Source: Dimorphilus gyrociliatus (Eukaryota; Animalia; Annelida). From it: a stretch of DNA of 64,000 bases. Each line of letters starts with the position of its first letter. The first letter of the stretch is position 1. The position numbers and the translations under genes are program-made. Positions 29,601 through 41,893 of this stretch are shown here, piece after piece. Under the pieces are notes generated by a model, which saw nothing but the letters and a program-made list of their open reading frames with translations, did not search any database and was not told the origin of the DNA. The stretch is taken from contig CAJFCJ010000006.1 in assembly GCA_904063045.1 (NCBI GenBank), positions 186,001-250,000 of the forward strand, written 5' to 3'.

Positions 29601-30920
29601 AACACTTGTGCTGACAAACCAGATCCTTTTGATATTAAAGTAAAATAATATTTTATACTTTTTTCAAAATTGAATAATTGTTAATTAATTTTTTAATAGT
29701 TCGCTAACAAGCTATTTTATGATAATTTGGAGAAGAATTGCTGTCAGAGTATGGTTCATCTTAATCTACCCGTATTTCAACCATCAGTCACAGAGCCAAA
29801 AGTTTTTAAGCTAAGTAAGGCTGATGAAGGTGGGGAACCGCAACAAAATTTAAGCGAAGTTGATGCTTCTACAACCTATAATCTCGATTTGTCTCAACCG
29901 TCTTTATCAAGAATGGATGAACACTCTGATTTAGCGGAAAATCAGAACGCTGAAAGCGAAAATCAGAACGCTGAAGGCGAAAATCAAGAAACTGAATTTT
30001 TTAAAGAACCATCTACCAAAGAGGTTGAAAGGCAACATTCAACTACGGAATATCTCAATGGAATGTTACATACTAAATCCCCCGGGTCTCTACTTCCATT
30101 GTTTCCGAGCTTTTCTCTATTAAAAGTTGGTAATTACTCTTGGTACGATCCTAATGTCGGACTTCGGCAAACAGGATTTATTCAGAATTCTTTCCTTTGC
30201 TTTTGGGATGTTAGAAATCCCAGAGGGGCAGACCAAGCAAATCGGTCAACCGTTTGGAAAAATTATGGATCTTCCAATACGCATGAAGTTAAGCTTTTTT
30301 TAGGCAACGAATATGAATGCGCATTAGGTCATCGATTTTTTGCTCATCACCCGGAAAAGATATTCAAATCGCAAACTCTCAGGAAAGACAACGCTCGAAA
30401 AATATTAAATTCTGATGTTCCTTTATACTTTCCCTGCCCTTGCAAGTAAGTTTATACTGTCGTGCAAGACAATTATTAAAAAAAAACACCGTGATTATGA
30501 TTAAATAACCTACATCAAATTCTAGGACTGAGGATTCCGGTAATGTTGCAGTAGCTCAATTAATGAGAGTTTGGGTTGCTATACCAAAAGCTCCCGTGCA
30601 TGTCTCATTAAACCCAAGAATACGTCCAGGGCCTGAAGATGGAACACCTACTTTTGTTTTATCAAGAGACGGTCCAATTGATTTAACTCATGATGCAGTT
30701 TGGGTTCTTAGATTACCGTATCCTTTTTTTAATGGGCACTTTAGATATATTAAATTTATATTGACTATCTATTTTTTGCTAATTATTACATATTTTCCTT
30801 AACAAGTTTTTTCCTAGGCATTTATATAGTAGCGACGACGTGAATTATTTGTGCTCTTCGTCTACAATGAATTCATGCAGAGTATTGAAGGGAATGTTTA
30901 ATATTTCAAGAATAGCGTAG
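26642..30920 (+). CDS. SMG8: Nonsense-mediated decay factor SMG8
   Basis: KICVVSVLGK, ISHILL, FDMSYVRTFR, GRLCSPRVLF, RLQHKMEDYIY..RKSRV, LCEAVSISGRAC..K.H, FCNCG, KLFLGNEYEC.LGHRF, AQLMRVWVAIPK, CRVLKGMF; about 12 exons. Confidence 0.93.
27393..28079 (+). CDS. Intronless 228-aa orphan ORF nested in an SMG8 intron (same strand)
   Basis: Open frame inside the ~970-nt intron 27151-28123; basic N-terminus, coiled-coil-like C-terminal half; no SMG8 motifs. Confidence 0.6.
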   Translation: MAPFHRNKRKASRNKQDFKWDLKLDPDLIKWFGADEELEKIKRARKLSKSKQNIAMNLHLPLGVQNRPYSMTIAYSELNNVLIDGKEVTLETSNRGNSNDIDSIYDENLKPSNIPNDETTLFCPLLKELMKSEKISELVSKCKEDITRYESLLISLNKDIRTLELELRTTNITKMTSQASKLLHLSNTRLSFVSKVRLHYIWPMLDWLRLKSPENYETIHNYAFEFFK

Positions 30921-31001
30921 TTAAATATTTTTCTTTACAGCTCATGTATTTCTTATCAATAAATTTTTCCAAGTTTTTGTTGCCACTTATCTATTGACCA
31001 G

Positions 31002-32529
31002 TTAGTAGATAGACATGCTAATTTTCTTGAATGTTCTATCTCCAAGGTTCTTCCATTGGGCGCAAGTGTATTGACAATTTGGTCCAGATGACCAAAGACC
31101 ATTCAAGTTAGCAGCCCAGCAGTAGTTGAACCACCATCCGGACTTATATTGTTTGGCGCATGGGAAGCTGCTTGCATCATTGTCTTGGTCATATGTACTA
31201 AATTTCATGTTGTTATGATTCAAGTTGCCCTGTGGGTGCAAAAGAGCATCACCAGCATCTCCACCTGCATAGGAACCAATGGTCAATTTGTATTTCTCGG
31301 CTTCAGTATCAACGTTGAAGTCATTATATTCAGCAGTGTAGGTTCTATCGGTGTGATCAGTTAAAGAAACGCTCAATTTGTAGGTTCCTCTGGAAGTCCA
31401 GTAGTGGATGTTTTCTAAGCCAGCCCAGAAAGACATATAGTTTCCGAATCCATTTTTGTATTCTGCCCAAGTTCTGTTAAAGCTAATTGATCCATCCATT
31501 CTTTGTTGGATAACGGTTTGTCCCATATCAAGATAACATGTAACTGTGACCACTCTTCGATCAGGGGTGCTCAATCTGATTTTGTACCGTCCATCGGCAG
31601 ATGAACCTTTGGCTTTTAGGTCTTTGCAATCATTAGCATCGATGGCTTCACCTTCTCTCAATCTTATGTCGTCAAGGCCTAAATCACCTTCAGTAATGCC
31701 GGTGGTTTGAGTATTGCCTTCAAATTCAATTTGGTAACCTCCCGTCAGGCCACCAGGTACAGCAATTTTAGCATAACGCCAGCCTGGTCCTTGGTCTCCA
31801 GTCTTAGACCACAGCTTTCTACGGACAGCTCCGTGTTTAATCCAAATGCTAAGTTCGTAAACTTTTGAACCGTACATATTGTAGTAGAATTCTAAAGCAG
31901 ATGGCTTCAAACAATAAAGAAGTTAAAGAGAAGTTCTCAAAGAAATTTTTTCTTAAAACTTACCTCCATAACACTGATCATAGGGGTTGTGGCCACAGTG
32001 GTTTTACTGCTTCCAAAAGCGTAATCAGCATCAGCAGTCAAATAAAATCCCGAACCAGTTGTATGATCAACAGGTGTACCAGTACCTGGTGTGGAAGCTG
32101 GTGCTGACACATTTCGCCAACTGTAATATCCATCAGCATTTACTGTCATATCACATAAGCCGTTTTCGAAGTTACATTCAAATCCAACGGGCGGAGCCAT
32201 TGTTACATCTGGTACAACTGTATTAATAATTAAAAACAAGTTAACTATCGTAAAAAAAGTACTTTTCTCTACTTACGCAAGTTATCGCAGTGTTCAGTGC
32301 ATGGAGCAACACCGTCTTGAGCTCCGAAACCAGGTCTGACACAAGTTCCTTTTCCGCATCTAAGTCTGTCCAAATTGCCACTTCTAAATCCCCAACATCT
32401 GTAAAAGTATTTAACATCAGCATCATCTTCAATGTACCAATCTCCACCTGAACAAGAATTTTTGACTGGACCTCCATATGTCGCCGAAAAGCAAGCGAAA
32501 GCTAAACACAACACTGAAGTTAACTTCAT
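31002..32529 (-). CDS. Secreted protein: CBM14-like Cys domain + MAM domain + fibrinogen C-terminal (FReD) domain
   Basis: Signal MKLTSVLCLAFACFSATYG; MAM CNFENGLC..DHTTGSGFY..LEFYYNMYG..GDLGLDDI; FReD VIQQRMDGSISFNRTWAEYKNGFG, MKFSTYDQDND, GWWFNYC. Confidence 0.9.
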
Positions 32530-33103
32530 CTTTTGTATTCCTAGTCCACTCCTCAATGATCGAGACTGCCAATAATACTGCTTTTATATACTGTTGCGGA
32601 AGTTCTCGCGTGCAACGTGTCTTTGCTCAGGGCGTTTAAAAATTTTCCCATCTTTGAAAGCGACTTTGTCAGTATTAGCATTCTAGTGATATTATTTTAT
32701 GCTTATTGGAGGAGTTTTTAGCACTGAAAGACCTTCAGCGTTTTGAACTGAAGGTGTTAAATACTTTGTAAACTAAAATTTGTACTTTGTGTAACCGAAA
32801 AAAGAAATAATTTAGATATTCGTTTGTGCAAGAGTGCTTTATGATAATTCATGTCATACAGTAAATCTCGTTTTTTTTTATCTATACATGATTAGTCTAA
32901 TTATATACTTTTTCACATATTACCATAAAAATGTCAAATATCGCCCCAAAAAATATACAACAGTATATGCATAAACACAAATAACACTGCTAGAACAAAG
33001 AAAACTTAAGACATAACACTAATTTGTACATGATGCAAAGTTGAACGAAACTTTTCAAGTCAAAATCTCTTTTTTATTATTATTAAGTAGAGCCTGAAGA
33101 GAA

Positions 33104-36100
33104 TTATTCTGTACCGTCTACTTTGATCTTCTTAACCTGCACACCTCCTACCGTTGTAGCTTTTCTAAAAAAGATAAACAAAGTTATTTTTAATATGGGT
33201 ATTTTTATTATTTATCGAAATACTAACGAATCAGCGACAGCGATAGTTCGCTTAAAAGTTGGTTTATTTGCGGCAGGTGACGACGCAAGCATTGAATCTA
33301 TAAAGTAAGAATTTTTTTAATTAAAATAATGAAAACAAAAAGTAAATTATGCTAACCTTGCAACCATCTAACTTGGGTGGCTGGACCATAGCCCTTTTCG
33401 TTCCTTGCAGCAATGCGGAATATTATTGCTGGTTTTGTGCTGCAATCAACGTGAGCGGTTGATAAATTACTCTGATTAACTATACAAGTTGGCTGCGGTC
33501 CGCAATACACTCTTACAAAAGCCAGCTGCTGTCCGGCAGCACCGGGAGTTGATGGCGTGGTTCGGTCAGGTTGATTTCTGACAGCTAAGTAAACAGAATA
33601 TTCTGTAATTTTTCCTGCGGTATTTTGTGGGGGCTCCCAAGATAAGTGGGCACCCTCCGTTGATTTAGAGATTTTGATGGCGCTTGGGGCTCCAGGGAAA
33701 CCTGGCAGACAGGTCTTAAATGCTGAAACTTCACTAAAAGGTCCTCGTCCACACGAGTTCATGGCTGCTACTCTAAATTTGTAAGCCGTTCCTGGCGTTA
33801 GAGTTTCCTTTTTCATTTGCGAATGATCTGGCAAATTCACAACGTCAATGTCAAGTTGAGGTTTCTGCTCTACCCCATCTTCTTCGTTGCTGGCAGTTGA
33901 GGACTCTTTGTCGTTTGGAATGTAATAGGAAGACACAACGCAATTGGTTGCCTTAATGACACATACATCGTACCACTTCGGACCGTCCTCTTCTTTTTTC
34001 TTGTCACCATCTTCATCTTCCGTTTTATCATCAGCTTCTTCTTTCACTTTCTCCTCTTTCTTTATTTGAACACCATCGGCGGCTGACACAGCAGCTGAGG
34101 CAAGTGTCGCTAGAGCATCAGCTCCACTTAAATCGTCAGCATTTGCTGCTTCATCTGTTTCTTGCTTTATATCCATAGAGCTTTTGTTCCTTTCTTCGGC
34201 TGCTTGGTTTTGATCAAGGTTTTCTGCTAGCTGAGGCATAGGTACTGGTTCTTCGGCGTCTTCGGCAGAACCTTCAAGGAATTGTTCGGGTAGACCATCT
34301 GAGGCGGGTGCAACATCTTGATTATTTGAATCTAATTGACCATCTTCATTACTACCGTTTGCATCACCGTCAAACATCCCGTCTAACTGTGGTATCCTCA
34401 AGTCCCCGCTACCGTCGACTTGAGGAAGTTCGTCAAGAGCTTGACTTTCAGCTGCAGCGTCAACTGCTGCTTGCTCAACAGCTGACATAGTTGGAGCAGT
34501 TCCACCGCTCCCTGAAACAAGTGTTATGATAGGTTTAGAGCTTCCTTGTTGAGGCGATTGTCCTGGTCGAGAGGTTACTACATAAAATTGGGTCGATGAA
34601 GGTGTCGCTGAATTTCCAGATTTCGGCAATGCGGTGATAATTTTTGTACCCTGCGGTGTATTCTGAGCACTTTTGGGTGAGGCTATAACAACTGTTTGCT
34701 TGCCACCTGGTTTACCTGCTAGCAAGTTCGATGGAACAGTTTTAATTATTGTCTTTTGTTGACCACTTGCTATACCTCCTACAACAGTTTGTCCACCGGA
34801 TCCCGACGCTTGCGATGTGATAATAGTCGTTGGCTTTCCTACTTGATTTGCTTGAGTTGTCACAAGCTTTACAATTGTTGCACCTTGGGGAAGAGACTTT
34901 TGGCTTACCCCTCCTGTCTGATTAACAGTCATACCAGACTTATTAGAAAGTAACGTTACTTTAGGTACTTGACCCATCGATACACCCTGAGTAGTTTTTA
35001 CTAAAGTTACTTGACCTCCTTTGTGAACTGTTATAATCTGCTTTTGTTGACCGGAGGCCGTGGTGGGTGTGCCACTCTTAATTATTGTTGGAGATGTCAT
35101 CCTGACAGTTTGTTGTCCAGCAGTCACAACCTGTCTACTTACCGGAGTGACTTTGATGCTGGACGGACCCATTATTGTTGGGGTAACTACCTTAATACCA
35201 GCTGCTGAATTAGATGAAGATCTGTTGCTCTGAGATATAATGCCACTAACATTAGACACTGTTCTTACTCCTGACTGGCCACTAGTATTAACAACAGTTT
35301 TAGTAGGAACTGTCATTATTTGTTGTCCACCAGGACCACTAACAACCTTAATAGTTGTTGTATTGCCAGGAGATTTTCCAGGGCGAACGATAGGTGTAGT
35401 TACCCTAGGGGAAACGGTTCGTATCTGAGGTGACTGCAAAGGAGCAACAGATCGCATTTGTGCTGTTCCCGGAGAGACTTGACGCAGTGTTGGAGTTTTT
35501 GCTTGAGCAGTTGAAGCTAACGGCGAAGCTGGAGCTTGCGAAGCCGGTATTTCGTATTTTTGCAATTGTAATATATATGCATCGGCATTGGGAACATTTC
35601 CCCAACAAACTTCCAAAGTATTCGTACTTGCACGAACCAATTGAACTCTTCCCGGGGCAGCGGGTTTTTCTATATCGAATATTAAAGTTAATTAAAAATA
35701 TTAAAATTATAAACTTAACATATTTACCAGTTTCCAAGAACCATAAATCTTTAAAACAAACTTGATTATTCCATGCCTTTCTGTATCCATCTCTACCGCT
35801 CCAAATGTATAATCTATTATGAATTGTAACTGCGCAATGACCAGCTCTCGGTCTTGGTAAAGCATCTTCGAAAACTTCCATAGCCAACGGTTCCCAAGAC
35901 ATTGTTTCTGTAATTGAAAGTTTGTTTTAACCCGCAAATACAACACTATTCGGTAAATATCAAGTTATAATAGATATAACTTTTGAAACAGTATCATGTG
36001 AAAAAGTTAAATAAATTCAATATACGACAGACTAAAACCGAAAAAACTTCTTTTCTGTGAAGAGTCGGGGAACTCCGTCGTTTCTAATAATAATTAACTA

Positions 36101-38169
36101 AAGAACATTGAGACACACATACCTAAATCGAGGGAAGCCAAGGTATTTGTACATTTCCATTCTTTTTCATGTGAAGCAACTTTAACATCATCCATAACAA
36201 GCGGAACCCAACCGCCAAATACAAACATTCTATTAAGAAATAGCACAATAAAAAGCTAACTTAACGAACAGAACAACAATTTTACCTATGTCCAATAACA
36301 GTTGCTGAATGTAAGCTACGCGGTAAAGGTGCAACGCCTGTGTAAGTTGGTTTTGTCCAAGCATTTGTATCTGAAAAATAAGTACGTGTATATTAATATA
36401 CGTTTCTTTTTTAATAACATTATTCAATTAATTTAATTACTTATGTCGAACTGCCATAGATCTCCTAATCTACAACCACTCATACCACCGTATATAAGCA
36501 ATCTAGGATTCTGACCAAATTTATCAACGTATGCCACACAAGTGTGGCTTTCTCGGGGTGGTGGAGCTTGACCATTTGTGATAGGCTTATCCCAAGCAAC
36601 GGTATTTGTTCCTTGTCTTAGCTCAAGTGTGTACAAATCATTTAGATATCTATTCAAAGAATTGATAATTAGTCAAAAAAACAAGAAGCAAGTGTAAAGA
36701 CGATTATTGTTATCAGTACGAACCTGGGAATATTATTTTTTGGGTCTTCGCTATCATTGGCTAAACCTCCAAATAGATAAACTTTATTTGCGTGTAGAGT
36801 AAAACTATGTCCTAAACAAAAGAAAAAACAAAGTCTGATTAAATAATCCTAATATACTCTATTGTTTTCTCTATACCTAATCTTGGACATGGCGGTTGAC
36901 CGCCTTTTGGCGGTTTCGGTCGTAATCTCCTCCATTCCCATCTGCTGGCTTGCAATTCATATAATTCATTTGAGTACTTTCCATATTCGACCATTCCACC
37001 AAAGACAAGAACTCTTGTCCCATCGCATACAAAGCCATATGCAGCGCATCCCGGTGGTATATCACCTCGAACAGCAGGTACAAACCATTGATTAGTAGCT
37101 GTAAACACATATAATTAATTTAGAAATAAGATTAAATTTCACATATTTATTATCTGATTTATATATCATATTTACTATTATTTTTTTAAACAATAAACAA
37201 ACACTGCATGTGCATTTTACACTGTTCTCTATAAAATTCTCCAAACCTTTCACATTTAAAATTGTTTTAAAATAATTAGATTTATGACGACATAATTTAA
37301 TTTTAAAATGCTTTTATGCGAATATTTAAATCAAAAAGAAACAATCAAGCTAGAAATTCTCTTGTTTATCTTTTAAACAGGATAGCCTAATCTTTTACCA
37401 ATTCGAACTGCTTGTCACTATTTATAGTTTATTAGCAATCAATGTTAAAATCAAAGTATTAGGGTATGACTTAAAACAAAAGAATTGAGTTTAGATGCGA
37501 TCACATTTACTTTTTTAGCAAACAGGAGATATTTTACTGTTTACATGGAAACTACTACTCTTAACGCTCATGTTATGCCGTGGGCGCTGCCATCTTGAAG
37601 CTAACGCTCAACTTAACACCGTAGTCAAATTTTGATATGAAATACATCTTTTAACCAAACCAAAAGCCCAAGTTATTGATATAATTAATTATAACACCTT
37701 AAAAGAACGCTTTTAAGATGATTCCCTTGTGTACTTTGTTAAAAACATAAATATTTACAAAATGTTTGCCTCCATTGGACGCGGCCATATTGGAAACTGC
37801 AGAAACGCCGGTAGTTTTTAAAACACTTAAAGCTGTTAATCAGACTTCAAAGTAGGCAATAAATTTAGTATTCGATTAGGGAAAACGTTTAGTTACTTGT
37901 GATTTACTTGAGAGATACAAATGACTTGAAAAATTTAAAAGTTTGATACACAACAAAGAGAGCCATGTTGAATCGAATTACAGCAATGTCTACAGAACTA
38001 AAATCTCACCGGTATTGAAAACGTGTAACTCGTCGACGATTCCTTCATTACCACCACCAAATACAACCATTAAATCTCTGATTGCAACCGCTCGATGGCC
38101 GTGACGAGGCCTAGGACAAGGGCCAGAGGTATTAGAAATTCGTTTCCACTTTAATGTGGACGCCGCCAT
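33104..38169 (-). CDS. HCFC1: Host cell factor 1 (kelch, basic, acidic, Fn3 domains)
   Basis: LKWKRI...[76 protein letters not shown]. Confidence 0.96.
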
Positions 38170-40303
38170 TTTGTCGTAGTTGCGATAGCCCGGATGAAAC
38201 TGTTAGGGCATGGTTCCGCTTAGTAAATGTAGCTGAAATATGGAGACCGCTGAGGTACCAGGCTTCTATTTTAGCGTGGGTCAGTATTCCAATTTGTTTT
38301 ATGCGCGCGCTTTTTGACTTGGGAATGTAAAACCGTTTTTCATACTTTATAGAAGTTAGTCTATAAACTTTGAGCAAATCAAATTTGAATCGCTAAGTTT
38401 TACTTGAAACTTAATGTTTCTGTTTGAAATCAAAACCCCCCAATGTCAAATACTATTAAATAGGCATTATCAATAATTGACCTAATTTCTAAATATTACA
38501 GATGATCTATTTTCCATATTTTTTGATAATATTCCTTAATTTTTAACGGTTACAATTTAGAACACGTAAGTAACTTATTAAGAAGAAACTATAATAGAAC
38601 AATAAGATAAGAGAGCACTCTTCTTGTTCAAACTACATTGTATAAAAAAAAAAAGAAAAAGCTTGTTTAGAAAAATTTGCGGAATGTTTCCTTAAAAATT
38701 GTTTATTAAAAATAGTAACAATTATCACAGTGTTTCCCTCATACGAAATGGCATAGTTTTATATATTGCAAAAAAAACAAAAAACCAAGTAGAACAAACA
38801 ACTAAAAACATATATTCTGTTAATGTTTTTACTCAGTATTTCTTTTATAAGAAACAAAATCTATTTTAATAAGAGGAGACTAGCTTTTTATTATTAATTC
38901 CGTTTTATTCTTAGTGAATTGAGTTTTTATAAAAGAGAACATTTAAATAAGTCTTCACCGAGATCGATAAATGCAATATAAACAGAGCTTGAAAAAAATT
39001 CCTTTATTACTGCCTTTAGCTAGGGGAAAATTGTAACTGAAGAAAGACAATATAATAACTTGGCATTTTTTTCTTTTCCCTACGCCTCCTCAACAGTTCA
39101 CCTTGCCACCCCGCTTCGCTCTTCCCCTCTCTGGGGATAAAAAGACGAGAAATTCCATTATATACTCTTATTTACTCATTGCTTTATAGTAAATATTATA
39201 GCATTTTCTATTTTTTCTTGTTACAGTTTCCATTCAACAGCTTATTATTTATTAATAATACCCGACTAAATATAATGAATATATCCAAAAAAAATGCTAG
39301 ATATTGTTTTCCAGACTAATATATACAATATACAGTATATTGCATAATATTAATTAACTTGGCGCTCTAGTCTCTCAATTAGATATCTGTAGTATAAAAA
39401 TACACTAATATTCATCCATGTTCGTGCTCTATTGATCTCTTTATTTCATAAATGTTGTCAGGTAACTGAAGCTTTGAAAGGAGAAATTTGGCTTTCAGTC
39501 TATAAATTAATTAGGATAAATATTTATTTTTTTCGCTTAAAAAGCGGCCATTGTGCTATATATGCCTATCAAAAGAAACTGACTACACTTAATTAGATCT
39601 GGTAATTATCTTGTTTAAGACATTAATTCTATCAATATATAAATATGGCAAAAAAATAGGTCAATGTAATTATTAATGGTTACAAAATACTACGGAATGA
39701 TAAAAAAAATACAGTATTCTTAATTATAGTTATTTATCTATTGAACAAAAAGGCAAATATTCCCAATTTATAATAGTGTTTATCTCATTTAGTTTCTTTA
39801 ACCTATCTGAGTCTTAGCGCTTTTTGGGTCAGTAAAGCTTAGATAAAATTTATCTTAAGCTGTCCTGTAGCGAAAAAAGAGGTTAATAAATCATCACTAA
39901 TTCTTCGACTTGGAATCCTGTATTCTATACTAACAGCAGAATGAGGAATTTAATGAAAGCTTTTAACTAGTGAAAAGCTTACAAGAGTGTAACGATCTCA
40001 AAGAGTTTGTTACTAAAATATTAATTGCTTTCAAATAATCAAGCATCGTTTTTCAGTTTTATTCAAATATTGTAACAATTGGTTACTTTTAAAATTTTTC
40101 TTAATAAGAGATTTTATACTCAATTAATGCTTTTTTTAAATGCCTTAACTTCACTTTTAACTGCTCTAAAAGAAATAACTAAAGTGAAATTTCTGTTCAT
40201 AATACAAGTTTTGTCTAAGGTTTCTAGAAGAAACCGTCCCACAATTCATTGTGTTAAATTTTAGACACAGTTTAAGTGTTCCGTTTGAGCAAACAAGAAA
40301 CCA

Positions 40304-40350
40304 GTCACGTGATCAGATCGAGTAATCAAGCTTGCCGGTCCGCCATCTTG
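40304..40350 (+). promoter_or_regulatory. E-box GTCACGTGAT plus YY1-like CCGCCATCTTG in ALYREF promoter
   Basis: Consensus matches 70-115 nt upstream of the ALYREF ATG. Confidence 0.45.
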
Positions 40351-40419
40351 ATATACGTTCCCATTTAACATTTGTACATTTTAACTTATCAATTTTTATC
40401 GCGGTATACCTCTAAGAAC

Positions 40420-41665
40420 ATGGAAACGGAACAAAAATTAGACATGAGTTTAGATGAAATCATCAAGCTAAAAGGAAAGCCAAAAGGAAAAGGCCGTGGA
40501 GGAAAAGTTAATAGGGGACAAAATTCTTTTCGTAGAGGAACTGGACGAAGCCCAAGAGGCAGAGGTATTCAGAAACGCCAAGCCGCCTTCAACAAACAGG
40601 TTCGTAAGCCAGTACGTAGACCTTTTTTTTATCTCAACTCTATGTAAACTATGAAAATAAAAATAAAAATAAATAGAGAGATTTGCCGGACGTTTGGGAA
40701 CATGATATGTTTGATGGTAATCAGGTTAAAGGAAAGGCGGCGTTTTCACTTGGACAAGGCTCTAATGGGAAGATTCTGGTGTCGAACTTGGACTATGGCG
40801 TTAACGACTCTGATATTCAGGTATATCCAGTTTTACTTTCACTATGAATAACCTATTTAAACACCTCGTTGCTTTTTTTATTTTAGGAATTATTCGCTGA
40901 ATTTGGACCCTTGAAGAAGGCAGCAGTACATTACGACCGATCGGGTCGTTCTCTAGGAACAGCAGAAGTAATCTTCGAGAGATATGGGGATGCTGTAAGA
41001 GGGATGAAGCAGTATAATAACGTTCCACTTGATGGTAGGCAAAAAATTTAAAATAAACCAAAAAGCATAGAGCGCGAGCGAGAAGGACAGCACAGAAAAA
41101 ATCATATTTCACTCGAGGTGAAGAGTTGTTAAATTTTAACTCAGCGCCTAAAGTGAGAAAGTAAAAGTGGGGGAGAATTTCCGCTACATTGCTGCGTATG
41201 TGCCTCTTATTCGTGTGAATATTGTTCTGAACGAACTTCTCTTCTCCTCTGTGTGTTTGACTCTTCTTTTTTGGACGCATCCAACAAATCATTTGTTGTG
41301 TTGGTCTGTTATTTACAACGATTTTCAGGGAGGCCAATGAATATTCAATTAATTGGAGCGACAGAAGGTACAGGAGGAGGAAAATTGGGAGGGTAAGCTA
41401 CAATTTACTGCGAAGAAAGTTTTTTAATCATTTCCATGATTTAAAGACGACTTGGAGGGAGAGCCGCACGCGGAGCGCCAAGTACACGAAGAGGTAATAC
41501 AGGCAGAGGAGGTGGACGTCGAGGACGTGGTGGCACAAGAAATGTTCCAACAGCAGCTGAACTGGACGCCGAACTGGATGCTTACAACTCAAAAGTAATT
41601 CTTTGATTTTCATATAAATTTGTGGTTTGCTAATCAGAATAAATATGTTACAGATGGAAACGTAA
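40420..41665 (+). CDS. ALYREF: THO complex subunit 4 / ALY/REF mRNA export adaptor
   Basis: [49 protein letters not shown] region, [12 protein letters not shown]. Confidence 0.96.
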
Positions 41666-41893
41666 ACAACTACAAAGTACTGCGAAAGGGTGTTTGTTGT
41701 ATAAACGTTAGTGCTGCGTTGTTTTCATTTTTAAACATTGTTACCACTTTTGGACTAAGTAAAGCTGTGAAAGAAGTTTTTGTAAAATACATATATTTCA
41801 GAAATTAGTTAAATTTAATGAATAATGCATGTGATTTATTTCAACTCAAAATGAGTCCAAAACACATAATATATAGTATAGAAGACTGTAGTC

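Noticed and set aside
29937-29990. 21-bp tandem repeat (ENQNAES/ENQNAEG) in SMG8
   Set aside because: Ordinary slippage in a disordered linker.
39390-40260. Possible small minus-strand gene divergent from ALYREF (open stretches at 39790-39935 and near 39400-39480)
   Set aside because: Could not build a phase-consistent, stop-free model.
40801-41337. 178-aa minus-strand ORF
   Set aside because: Antisense to ALYREF exons and intron, non-ATG start, no recognisable domain.
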